A stretch of 64,000 nt of DNA from Patescibacteria group bacterium UBA2196. Lineage in GTDB: Bacteria; Patescibacteriota; Patescibacteriia; UBA2196. Numbering within the stretch: position 1 is the stretch's first letter; every line of letters starts with the position of its first letter. The notes beneath the pieces were generated by a model. That model worked only from the letters and a program-made list of their open reading frames with translations. It had not been told where the DNA came from and did not search any database. Shown here in pieces: positions 9,593 through 18,918 of the stretch. The translations under genes and the position numbers were made by a program. Location: positions 5,882 to 69,881 of the forward strand of contig DCVE01000014.1 of NCBI GenBank assembly GCA_002328025.1, in the 5' to 3' direction.

Positions 9593-10858
9593 ATGCAAAA
9601 ATATACTTTAAAAAACGGCACACGAGTCATTTTAACACCCCTTAAGGGTACTGAAGCGGTGACGATTTTAGTTTTGTATGGCGTGGGTTCGCGCCATGAA
9701 ACTGAGGACATTGCTGGCATATCTCATTTTTTGGAACACATGATGTTTAAGGGTACCACTAAAAGGCCTAACACTTTGGTTTTATCAAAAGAATTAGACC
9801 AAGTTGGCGCGCAGTTTAATGCCTATACCTCAACAGATAATACTGGTTACTGGATTAAGGTTAATAGTGAGCATATAAATTTGGGTTTGGATATGCTTTC
9901 TGACATGCTGCATAATTCTAAATTAGAAGAAGAAGAAATTAGTCGTGAAAAGGGGACTATTATTGAAGAAATTAATATGTACGAAGATACACCCAGAAGA
10001 CAGGTGGAAAATTTATTAATGAACATCGTTTTTAAAGGTAATACTTTGGCTCGGGATATTGCTGGCTCCAAAGAAACAGTTTCTCAAACAACCAGGCAAA
10101 AAATGTTAAATTATTGGCAAACAAAATATACGCCTAAAAATTGCATCATTAGTATTGCCGGTAAATTTAATCAAACTCAAGTAGAAAACAATATTGCTAA
10201 ATATTTTGACAAAGAAGTAAAAGAAAATAAAAAAAATACTTTTATTAAATTTCAGGAATTTCAAACCGTGCCTCAATTAAAATTACACTTTAAAAAAACC
10301 GAACAAGTGCATTTGTCTTTTGGTTTTACTGGCCCAAAATTAGCTGACAAAGATTTAATGGCCACGCAACTTTTGGGAATAATTCTGGGCGGTTCCATGA
10401 GTTCCAGACTGTTTATTAATATTCGTGAACGGCATGGTCTTTGCTATTATATTCGTGCCACACACGATCCTGTTCAAGACACTGGAATTTTTAGTATTTC
10501 AGCAGGTTTGGATAAAAAAAGAATTTTTAAAGCCATCAAATTAATTTTAGAAGAAATAAGAAAAATTAAAAATCAGGGCGTTAGCATTGAGGAATTAAAA
10601 AAAGCCCAAGAATTTTTGAAAGGACATTTAATTTTGGAAATGGAAGATTCTTCAAGTGTGGCCGATTGGTATGGTCGGCAGGAGCTAATGTTGGGTAAAA
10701 CCAAAACGCCAACAGAAAAAATAAAACTAATTATGTCGGTTAAAAAAACTGCTCTTGATGCCGTGGCGCGTAAAATTTTTCAAACCAACAAAATAAATTT
10801 GGCATTAATTGGACCATTTAAAAATGAACAAGAATTTTTAAAAATAATTAAAATTTAA
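9593..10858 (+). CDS. M16 (pitrilysin-family) zinc peptidase
   Basis: HFLEHMMFKGT inverted zinc motif, NAYTS, SSRLF..IRE..GLCY. Confidence 0.93.
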   Translation: MQKYTLKNGTRVILTPLKGTEAVTILVLYGVGSRHETEDIAGISHFLEHMMFKGTTKRPNTLVLSKELDQVGAQFNAYTSTDNTGYWIKVNSEHINLGLDMLSDMLHNSKLEEEEISREKGTIIEEINMYEDTPRRQVENLLMNIVFKGNTLARDIAGSKETVSQTTRQKMLNYWQTKYTPKNCIISIAGKFNQTQVENNIAKYFDKEVKENKKNTFIKFQEFQTVPQLKLHFKKTEQVHLSFGFTGPKLADKDLMATQLLGIILGGSMSSRLFINIRERHGLCYYIRATHDPVQDTGIFSISAGLDKKRIFKAIKLILEEIRKIKNQGVSIEELKKAQEFLKGHLILEMEDSSSVADWYGRQELMLGKTKTPTEKIKLIMSVKKTALDAVARKIFQTNKINLALIGPFKNEQEFLKIIKI

Positions 10859-10876
10859 TTTACATAAAATAAGCCT

Positions 10877-11938
10877 ATGCTTGCAACTAAAAACACAAAT
10901 TTAATTTCTTACGGTTCAATTTTTAGGGTCGTTATAGTAATTTTGGGCTTGGCGTTTTTGTACGTCATTCGGGATGTGGCTGGTTTGGTTTTTGTGGCTG
11001 TGGTGGTAGCCGCGGCTTTGGATCCTTTTGTGGATTATTTGCATAAAAAAAAGATCCCGCGCGCGCTTTCTATTTTAGCCATCTATTTAATTTTGTTCGG
11101 CATAGTTAGTTTAATGATTATTTCTTTAGTTCCAGCAGTCTCGGAACAGGCCGGACAACTGGCCAGCAATCTGCCGGATTATTATGAACGGGTTGCTTTG
11201 GGTTTTAACCGCTTAAGTGATGGCCAACAGAACGTGCCAGCCACCTTACCACAGGCTCTTTCGGGTCTAAGTTCCAATTTAGCCGGAACCACCAGAGATG
11301 TTTTTTCTACCATTACTGGTATTTTTGGCGGTTTAGTTTATTTGGTTTCATTTTTGGTTATTGTGTTTTATTTAGTGGTTCAAGAAAACGGAGTCAAATA
11401 TTTTTTGCAATTCTTGGTTCCTTTAAAACAACGGACATCAGTCATGCGTTTAGTTGACAAAATCCAAACTAAATTAGGTTTTTGGTTAAGAGGACAATTA
11501 ATACTTTGTTTGTTGGTTGGGCTAATGGTTTATCTTCTATTGCTAATCATGGGAGTTAAATATGCTTTACTACTAGGTTTAATTGCAGCCGTTACCGAGA
11601 TCATACCATATGTAGGTCCAATCATTGGCGCTGTGCCGGGTATTTTTATTGCTTTTTCTGATTCTTTTACCAAGGTTTTAATGGTGGCTCTAGTTTATTT
11701 AATTGTTCAACAAGTTGAAAATAGTTTGTTGGTGCCAAAAATTATGCAAAAGTCAGTTGGGTTGAATCCAGTTGTGGTCATGGTGGCTATTTTAGTTGGT
11801 GGTTCACTGGGCGGCGTGGTGGGTGCACTTTTGGCTGTGCCAGTGGCGGCCATCATTGATGTGGTGGTTGAAGATAAATTTCCGCGTTATAAAGAAGTTC
11901 TAGAAGCGACCAGCGAAGAAATTAAAGATGAAAAATAA
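10877..11938 (+). CDS. AI-2E family transporter
   Basis: Multiple TM segments, IIPYVGP, QQVENSLLVPKIM, GALLAVP. Confidence 0.9.
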   Translation: MLATKNTNLISYGSIFRVVIVILGLAFLYVIRDVAGLVFVAVVVAAALDPFVDYLHKKKIPRALSILAIYLILFGIVSLMIISLVPAVSEQAGQLASNLPDYYERVALGFNRLSDGQQNVPATLPQALSGLSSNLAGTTRDVFSTITGIFGGLVYLVSFLVIVFYLVVQENGVKYFLQFLVPLKQRTSVMRLVDKIQTKLGFWLRGQLILCLLVGLMVYLLLLIMGVKYALLLGLIAAVTEIIPYVGPIIGAVPGIFIAFSDSFTKVLMVALVYLIVQQVENSLLVPKIMQKSVGLNPVVVMVAILVGGSLGGVVGALLAVPVAAIIDVVVEDKFPRYKEVLEATSEEIKDEK

Positions 11939-11956
11939 TAATAAACAGTAAGCTTT

Positions 11957-12643
11957 ATGTTATATATTGTTGCCACACCCATTGGAAATTTGGAAGATAT
12001 AACTTTGCGCGCTTTGCGTATTTTAAAAGAAGTTAATTATATTTTGTGTGAAGATACTCGTGTGTCTAAAAAACTTTTAGATCATTATGAAATAAAAGAT
12101 AAAAAATTAATTAGTTATCATCATCACTCTAGTGAAAGTAAAATTCAAGAAATTATTGAATTAATAAAAAATAACCAAGTAGCTTTAATTACTGACGCTG
12201 GCACACCGGGTATTTCTGATCCGGGAAATATATTGATTAGTAAAATTGTGCAAACAGATTGTAGTTTGCCTATTATATCAATTCCAGGCGCTAGTGCTGT
12301 TATAGCGGCTTTGTCAATTTCAGGCCTGCCCACAGATAAATTTATTTTTAAAGGTTTTATTCCGCACAAAAAAGGCCGTGAAACTTTTTTAAAACAAGTT
12401 TTAGAAGCTAAAGAAACAGTGGTTTTTTACGAATCGTGTCATCGAATTTTAAAATGTTTGGAACAATTAAATACTGCTTATCAGAATATGACCTCGCCAT
12501 GTTCAAAACACCTTGTTGTCTGCCGCGAACTTACCAAAAAATTTGAAACCATTTATCGAGGGCCAGCTGAAGAAATCTTAGAAAAAATAAAAAAGGAGTT
12601 CCACGCAGGAACCCCAAAAGGTGAATTCGTCTTGTTAATTTAA
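11957..12643 (+). CDS. rsmI: 16S rRNA (cytidine1402-2'-O)-methyltransferase
   Basis: LYIVATPIGNLEDITLRAL, CEDTR, DAGTPGISDPG, RELTKKFE. Confidence 0.96.
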   Translation: MLYIVATPIGNLEDITLRALRILKEVNYILCEDTRVSKKLLDHYEIKDKKLISYHHHSSESKIQEIIELIKNNQVALITDAGTPGISDPGNILISKIVQTDCSLPIISIPGASAVIAALSISGLPTDKFIFKGFIPHKKGRETFLKQVLEAKETVVFYESCHRILKCLEQLNTAYQNMTSPCSKHLVVCRELTKKFETIYRGPAEEILEKIKKEFHAGTPKGEFVLLI

Positions 12644-12802
12644 AATAAAAATTAAGCCAACTAATATTAATAAATAACACAACCCCCGACCATCTATTAT
12701 TGATGGTCTACCGGATAACTCGGGTTCATTTTGTTCGTTTATTTTGTTTATTATGAGTCCAATAAACCCAAAAATAAAACAAATAATCCCTAGATATTTC
12801 AT
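12635..12802 (-). CDS. Unannotated 55-aa small two-TM membrane protein
   Basis: Read on minus strand: GGAGG-aagt-ATG; MKYLGIICFIFGFIGLIINKINEQNEPELSGRPSIIDGRGLCYLLILVGLIFILN*; fills rsmI-metG gap. Confidence 0.6.
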   Translation of the reverse strand: MKYLGIICFIFGFIGLIINKINEQNEPELSGRPSIIDGRGLCYLLILVGLIFILN

Positions 12803-12826
12803 ACTTCCTCCATTTTATATTGTATT

Positions 12827-14290
12827 ATGTTAAATAAATTCTATCTTACCACAACCCTGCCCTATGTCAATGCCGAACCGCACATTGGTTTTGCTTTGGA
12901 AATAATTCAGGCTGATGTTATTGCGCGCTGGCAAAAACTAAATGGCGCTGAAGTTTTTTTTAATACTGGCACAGATGAGCATGGTTTAAAAATTTATCGC
13001 AAAGCTTTAGAGTTGGGTTTAGACCCACAAAAGTATTGTGATGAGTATGCGGCTAAATTTGATAATTTAAAAAGCGCTTTAAATCTAAGTTATAATAATT
13101 TTATTCGCACCACAGACGATCATCACATAAAGGCTGCTCAAGAATTTTGGCAACGTTGTGAAAAAGCTGGTGATATTTACAAAAAAAATTATAGCGTCAA
13201 ATATTGCGTGGGTTGTGAATTGGAAAAAACTGAATCAGAATTAGTTGATAATAAATGTCCGGTCCATCCCAATTTAGAATTAGAATTAATTGCTGAAGAA
13301 AATTATTTTTTCCGTTTTTCCAAATATCAAAAACCACTTTTAGAACTATACGAAAAAAATCCAAACTTTGTTGTGCCCGCGCACAGGTTAAATGAAATTA
13401 AAAATTTTGTGGAGGCTGGTTTAGAAGATTTTAGTATTTCGCGTCTTAAAGAAAAAATGCCTTGGGGCGTAGAAGTGCCCGGTGATGAAACACAAGTTAT
13501 GTATGTTTGGTTTGACGCATTGGTTAATTATATTTCTTGTTTAGGTTGGCCAGAAAATTTAGAAAAATTTAATAATTTTTGGCCGGGTATGCAAGTAGCT
13601 GGTAAAGACAATTTACGTCAGCAAACTGCCATGTGGCAGGCCATGTTGATGTCGGCAGGACTCCCCAATTCTAAACAAATTTTTATTCATGGTTTTATAA
13701 CTTCAGGTGGCGAAAAAATGAGTAAATCTCTTGGCAATGTGGTTAATCCTTTTGAATTGGTAGCTAAATTTGGCACTGATGCCTTGCGTTATTATTTACT
13801 GGCCAAGATTTCTCCAGCTGAAGACGGTGACTATACTGAAGAAAAATTTAAAGAAGCCTATACTGCTGATCTTTGTAATGGCCTTGGTAATTTAGTATCT
13901 AGAGTATCAAACTTGATGGAAAAAAACACCGTTTCTTTGCCATTAGCACACCTCTCTTTGTCATCCCGACGAAAGTCGGGATCCAGTGCTATTAGTGATG
14001 ACAAATTGTCTAAAGAATTTTCCGAAAAACTCTCCCATTATAAATTCAATGAAGCCTTAGAAATTCTTTGGACCAAACTGCGCGCTTGCGATGAAACCAT
14101 TACTAAAACTGAACCATGGAAAATTAAAGATCAAGAAAGGCTAAAAGAAATTTTAGAGCCAGTTGCAGAAGATATTTTAAATGTGGCTATTTTGCTTCAA
14201 CCCTTTATGCCCTCCACGGCTGAAAAAATTATTAAAACATTCACCGCAGAAAAAATTATCAAAGGGGAAATACTTTTCCCCAGAGTATAA
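12827..14290 (+). CDS. metG: Methionyl-tRNA synthetase (short form)
   Basis: PYVNAEPHIG, GTDEHG, YVWFDALVNY, KMSKS. Confidence 0.96.
   Translation: MLNKFYLTTTLPYVNAEPHIGFALEIIQADVIARWQKLNGAEVFFNTGTDEHGLKIYRKALELGLDPQKYCDEYAAKFDNLKSALNLSYNNFIRTTDDHHIKAAQEFWQRCEKAGDIYKKNYSVKYCVGCELEKTESELVDNKCPVHPNLELELIAEENYFFRFSKYQKPLLELYEKNPNFVVPAHRLNEIKNFVEAGLEDFSISRLKEKMPWGVEVPGDETQVMYVWFDALVNYISCLGWPENLEKFNNFWPGMQVAGKDNLRQQTAMWQAMLMSAGLPNSKQIFIHGFITSGGEKMSKSLGNVVNPFELVAKFGTDALRYYLLAKISPAEDGDYTEEKFKEAYTADLCNGLGNLVSRVSNLMEKNTVSLPLAHLSLSSRRKSGSSAISDDKLSKEFSEKLSHYKFNEALEILWTKLRACDETITKTEPWKIKDQERLKEILEPVAEDILNVAILLQPFMPSTAEKIIKTFTAEKIIKGEILFPRV
13959..13986. repeat. Palindromic REP/RPE-like element inside metG
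   Basis: TGTCATCCCGAC-GAAA-GTCGGGATCCAG; perfect 8-bp stem with GAAA loop. Confidence 0.7.
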
Positions 14291-14341
14291 TTAAATTTAT
14301 TTTTAAAATTATTTTTCCATTTTTATGGAAAATAAAAATTT

Positions 14342-15832
14342 ATGAAAAAAACATTTTTCTTCTTCTTACTGGCGTGTTTTTTAATGGCACCGGCTATCAC
14401 CAAGGCCGATAATTTGTCTGATTTTATTATTACTGATATTACCTTAGAAGATTCAGACGGACTCTGGGTTTATTTTCAAAACATTGGTGGTAGTACAGTT
14501 TTTGGTAAATTGCCAATTGAAATCGTCGATTTGGATACCAGTGAATCATATTATCAAGAAAATGAACAAATGTATTGGACGAACACGACTTACAAACTTT
14601 ATCTCGGGATGCTTAAAAACCGCAATCGTAGTAGTTACCGCTTACAGGCCATAATAGATACGCACAATTTTTTTAGTGAATCTAATGAAAATAATAATTC
14701 TTTAATTAAAACTTTTTATAAACCAGTGCCGTTTTGTACAGAAACTGATGGCGGTAGAAATTATGATCAAGCGGGTAGTGTTAGCGGCATTGCTGAATGG
14801 GGTAAGGGTTCACCATCGTCAAATTTTGTTGATAGTTGTCTTGATAGTTTAAAATTAAACGAAATGTTTTGTGGTGCAGATAAATATGTATATCAGGAAG
14901 CTTACACTTGCCCACATGGATGTTCAAATGGTGTTTGTATAAAACTGCCAGAAAATCCACCCGTTGTTGAGGTAAAAAAACCAGATCTTGCCATTCAAAA
15001 CGTACAAACAATTGATTTAAGAAAAAACCGTGGACAATTTGACTGGCGATTAACATACGAAGCTATTAATTTGGGAGAAACTAATGTCAATAAACCTTTT
15101 AAGATTATTGGTAAAAATTTAACTAATAATCAAATTCTGGGCGAGATAACCCCGGATTCTGGTGAATTTAAGCCAAATGTTTTGCTTTCTTCGCCCGGGT
15201 ATTATTTTGAGGGAAAACTTGGTAAAGAATTTATATACGGGGTAAACAACATAGAAATTTGCATTGATGCTAACAACATCATCTCAGAAAGTAATGAAAA
15301 TAATAACTGCCTTACAAAGCAGATAGATGCTACTCAATATAATATAGATAGATCGTTTGCTAAAAGATTAGCAGGAAAGTTGCTTTTGGGTGTTGAACAG
15401 GGTGGCGCAATCTGGTATGTAGATTTAATTAATAATCAACGTCATTTAGTAACTTGGGACAACGCCATAACTTTATTTCAAAAATTTGCTCTTGGTATTT
15501 TGGATCAGGATTTATTGAAAATCCCAGCCGACTTATCCAGCGTTAAAGCGGAATTAGATTCTGATAATGATGGATATAGTGATGTTATTGAGTTGCAGAA
15601 CAATTATAATCCTTATCTTTTAGGGGGTAATAAATTTAAAATTGACAAAAAATTAGCTTCTCGGTTAAGAGGTAGGTTTTTATTGCAAGTTGATCAACAT
15701 GGACCAATTTGGTATGTAGCTCCAAATGGTTTTCGATATAATATTCATTGGAATAATTTAATGGATGTTTTTACCAAACTTTCACTGGGTATTAATAATT
15801 CTGATTTAAACAAAATAGAAGTAGCACCATAA
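14342..15832 (+). CDS. Secreted CARDB-domain surface protein
   Basis: Signal peptide; two (P)DL/FI...ID..N..SESNENNN CARDB ends; Cys-rich linker; duplicated LLL.V...G.IWYV motif; DSDNDG. Confidence 0.75.
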   Translation: MKKTFFFFLLACFLMAPAITKADNLSDFIITDITLEDSDGLWVYFQNIGGSTVFGKLPIEIVDLDTSESYYQENEQMYWTNTTYKLYLGMLKNRNRSSYRLQAIIDTHNFFSESNENNNSLIKTFYKPVPFCTETDGGRNYDQAGSVSGIAEWGKGSPSSNFVDSCLDSLKLNEMFCGADKYVYQEAYTCPHGCSNGVCIKLPENPPVVEVKKPDLAIQNVQTIDLRKNRGQFDWRLTYEAINLGETNVNKPFKIIGKNLTNNQILGEITPDSGEFKPNVLLSSPGYYFEGKLGKEFIYGVNNIEICIDANNIISESNENNNCLTKQIDATQYNIDRSFAKRLAGKLLLGVEQGGAIWYVDLINNQRHLVTWDNAITLFQKFALGILDQDLLKIPADLSSVKAELDSDNDGYSDVIELQNNYNPYLLGGNKFKIDKKLASRLRGRFLLQVDQHGPIWYVAPNGFRYNIHWNNLMDVFTKLSLGINNSDLNKIEVAP

Positions 15833-15851
15833 TTTTATAATTTTTAAAAAC

Positions 15852-16376
15852 ATGACTCTCACTATTTTAGATTTTGTATTAGTTATAATTTTAGTCGCTT
15901 TTGGCGCGGGCGGATTTGCTTTTGGTTTAATTCACGCACTGGGAGCCTTGGTTGGCACAGTTGTGGGTGCTGTGGTGGCGGCCAATTATTTTGACCTCAT
16001 TTCTGGTATGATTGGTTTACCATTTGGCATGCATCCAAATCTAGTTAAAATCATTAGTTTTGTTTTAATTTTTATTGTGGTGAGCCGTTTGGTTAGTTTG
16101 GTTTTTTATCTTTTTGACAAATTTTTTAATGTTTTAACCATTATTCCTTTTTTAAAAATCATTAATCGTTTGGCCGGTGCAATTTTGGGGTTAATTGAAG
16201 GCGGATTGGCTTTGGGTATATTATTGGTTTTTGCAGTTAAATTTCCGTTTGCTGGTTTTTTAGAACACACGATTTCTTCTTCCAATATTGCTAAGTTTTT
16301 ATATTTTTGTGGCCAAACCCTCTTACCGTTGTTACCAGATTTTTTTAGACAGGCCAAAGATATTATTAAAATATGA
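15852..16376 (+). CDS. CvpA (colicin V production) family membrane protein
   Basis: LDFVLVIIL...GFAFGLI, NRLAGAILGLIEG. Confidence 0.85.
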   Translation: MTLTILDFVLVIILVAFGAGGFAFGLIHALGALVGTVVGAVVAANYFDLISGMIGLPFGMHPNLVKIISFVLIFIVVSRLVSLVFYLFDKFFNVLTIIPFLKIINRLAGAILGLIEGGLALGILLVFAVKFPFAGFLEHTISSSNIAKFLYFCGQTLLPLLPDFFRQAKDIIKI

Positions 16377-17170
16377 AATTAATTGATTCGCATACTCACT
16401 TAAATTTTCCGGATTTTAAGGATAATTATCAAAAAATTATTGCCGATTGCTTAAAAAAAGGAATCGGCGTTGTTAACATTGGCGCTGATTTTGAAAGTTC
16501 AAAAAGAGCTGTCGAAATTGCCAATGAATATCCCGATCAGCCAGTTTATGCTTCCATTGGCATGCATCCAGAAAGTATTAATGAAAATTTTGAGGCTGAA
16601 AAATTTCAAAATTTGATTAATAATAAAGTTGTGGCAGTGGGCGAGATTGGTTTAGAATATTATTTTGATAACAATCATGACATAATAGAAAAACAGAAAG
16701 AATTATTTAAACAGCAATTAAATTTTGCTATAGAAAACAATTTGCCTGTAATTTTACATGCCAGAGGGAGTAAAGATAATTCCCATGGTGCCTATTTAGA
16801 TATTGTTGATGGCATCAATCAACTACAAATTGTCGGTGTCGCCCACTGTTTTGGCGCTAACGAGAAAATCGCTCAAAAGTTTTTAGATTTGGGTTTTTAT
16901 CTTGGTTTTACCGGTATTATAACTTTTAAAAATAAGTCGCTAGAAAGTTTAAGAGAAGTGGTAAAATATTGTCCCTTGGATAGGATTCTAATAGAGACTG
17001 ATGCGCCGTGGCTCACTCCAGAGCCTCATCGTGGAGAACAAAACTTACCACAATATGTAGAGTTGGTAGCGCAAAAAGTTGCTGAACTAAAAAGTTTAAC
17101 TTTAGAACAAGTCTGTCAAAAAACCACCAAAAATTGGCAACAACTATTTAAGAAATGGCATGACATATAA
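16373..17170 (+). CDS. tatD: TatD family hydrolase
   Basis: IDSHTHL, GMHP, AVGEIGLEY, LHAR, HCF, ETDAPWL. Confidence 0.93.
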   Translation: MKLIDSHTHLNFPDFKDNYQKIIADCLKKGIGVVNIGADFESSKRAVEIANEYPDQPVYASIGMHPESINENFEAEKFQNLINNKVVAVGEIGLEYYFDNNHDIIEKQKELFKQQLNFAIENNLPVILHARGSKDNSHGAYLDIVDGINQLQIVGVAHCFGANEKIAQKFLDLGFYLGFTGIITFKNKSLESLREVVKYCPLDRILIETDAPWLTPEPHRGEQNLPQYVELVAQKVAELKSLTLEQVCQKTTKNWQQLFKKWHDI

Positions 17171-17807
17171 ATATTGGCAGAAAATAAATTTAAAAAATTT
17201 TGATGTCAAAAATATTGTAGAAAAATATAATACCGGTTTTGTATTGACCAGAATTAAAAATGAAATGCATCAAATTAAGAGTTTACGTTTTGGTTTAAAA
17301 CAGTTTTCTTTATCTTCCGAGAACCGGCGTATTTTGCGAAAAGGTGAAGATTTTCAAATAAAGATACTGGAATTGCCGCTTGGTATGGAAAAGTACGATT
17401 GGCACATCCATGCTGTGGGTTCAAAATTTTATTGCGACCGTTTTGGTGCTCACATCTTTAGCGCTAACAAAATTAAAGAACTTATTACTGATCCGCTAAA
17501 ATCAAATTTCAATCGTTTAATTGTTTTGCAAGATAAAAAAAACAACCGCTCAATCGGTTGGTGCATTGGTTTCGAGGCAGCTGATTTGTTTCATTATAGT
17601 TACCCTTTTTATGAGCTGGAATACCTTCAAAAAAATATTGGCATGATTATGCTCTTAAAAACAATTTTATTGATCAAAGATAAAAACATTAGTCAATTTT
17701 ATCTGGGTTCAATCTGGGATAAAAAAGCTAAATACAAATTACAACTCCAGCCAGCCTATTTTTTTGATGGCAAGTCTTGGCAGACAACAGACAACCTAGA
17801 GTTTTGA
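17160..17807 (+). CDS. GNAT-fold protein resembling arginyl-tRNA-protein transferase (ATE) C-terminal domain
   Basis: NRRILRK, YSYPFY, NIGMIMLL, FYLG, KYK pattern. Confidence 0.55.
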   Translation: MTYKYWQKINLKNFDVKNIVEKYNTGFVLTRIKNEMHQIKSLRFGLKQFSLSSENRRILRKGEDFQIKILELPLGMEKYDWHIHAVGSKFYCDRFGAHIFSANKIKELITDPLKSNFNRLIVLQDKKNNRSIGWCIGFEAADLFHYSYPFYELEYLQKNIGMIMLLKTILLIKDKNISQFYLGSIWDKKAKYKLQLQPAYFFDGKSWQTTDNLEF

Positions 17808-17810
17808 GAG

Positions 17811-17969
17811 TTATTTGTCGTTTTCTACCACTTTGACATTGGCGGTGTTGCCATCAATTTCAGTTATCATGACAGTCATGCCACACTCTGGACAGTCTAA
17901 AAACGTACCGACAGACACTTCTTCCAATAATTCGTTTAAATTGTTGCATTCGGGGCAAGAATAATTCAT
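17811..17969 (-). CDS. Unannotated 52-aa LysW-like zinc-ribbon protein
   Basis: MNYSCPECNNLNELLEEVSVGTFLDCPECGMTVMITEIDGNTANVKVVENDK*; two CPEC motifs, acidic. Confidence 0.8.
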   Translation of the reverse strand: MNYSCPECNNLNELLEEVSVGTFLDCPECGMTVMITEIDGNTANVKVVENDK

Positions 17970-18030
17970 AGATTTTTTTTAATATTAAATAAAAGTTTTT
18001 ACATTTTAATTTTAATTCTTTGTCTAAAAC

Positions 18031-18912
18031 ATGTCAAATTATATTTTTAAATCATTATTGCTGTCCAAAAAAAATAATCAAGAAATTTATTTGGTCAACG
18101 AAACAATAAATCCAACTGGCTCACATAAAGACAGGTCGTTTTCTGTTTGGATAGCCAAAGAAGTGGCAAGTGGCGCCACTGGTTTTGCCATTTCTTCTTC
18201 TGGTAATGCCGCTGCTGCTGCGGCTTATTGGTGTAATAAATTAAAACGGCCATTAGAAATTTTTATTTCTGAAAAAATTAAAAAAGAAAAGTTACGAAAA
18301 ATTGTATCTTTTTGTCATCCAATAATTAAACATTCAACTAAACAAATCAATCAGAATTTTGGTATCATAAAAATTCATTTAGTAAAAAAACCAATTTTTG
18401 AAGCTTTTCAAATGGCTAAAAAAAAAGGTTTTGTTTTTTTACGGGCTTCAATCTCAACTCAAGCACTGGTGGGTTATCAATCTCTGGCTGAAGAAATAAA
18501 CACAGCTCTACCCAACTTGGGCTCAATTTTTATACCAGCCTCGTCTGGTACTTTGGTGGCTGGTCTCTATCAATATCTCAAGTCTAAACCACAATTTCAT
18601 GTGGTCCAAACGACTGTGGTTAATACCTTAGTCAAAGATTTTGATCAATATTATACTAAAGAAAGCAAATCCACAGCTGACGCGGTGGTGGATGTGGTGG
18701 GGCATCGCAAAAAAGAAGTTGTTGAAATAATTAAAAGTAGTCGCGGGTTTGGTTGGACAATTTCTAATCAAGAGTTAAAATTAGCTCAAGATGAGTTAAA
18801 TGAAATAAACGTTTATTGTTCTGCTACGTCTGCTTTGGGTCTGGCTGGTTTGTTAAAAGCTAGGCAGGAAAAATTTAAAATAAAAGAACCTCTATTGATT
18901 ATTATCACTTAA
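18031..18912 (+). CDS. PLP-dependent fold-type II enzyme (threonine synthase/cysteine synthase-like)
   Basis: NPTGSHKDR (PLP lysine), ISSSGNAA, PASSGTL. Confidence 0.85.
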   Translation: MSNYIFKSLLLSKKNNQEIYLVNETINPTGSHKDRSFSVWIAKEVASGATGFAISSSGNAAAAAAYWCNKLKRPLEIFISEKIKKEKLRKIVSFCHPIIKHSTKQINQNFGIIKIHLVKKPIFEAFQMAKKKGFVFLRASISTQALVGYQSLAEEINTALPNLGSIFIPASSGTLVAGLYQYLKSKPQFHVVQTTVVNTLVKDFDQYYTKESKSTADAVVDVVGHRKKEVVEIIKSSRGFGWTISNQELKLAQDELNEINVYCSATSALGLAGLLKARQEKFKIKEPLLIIIT

Positions 18913-18918
18913 TTTTTT

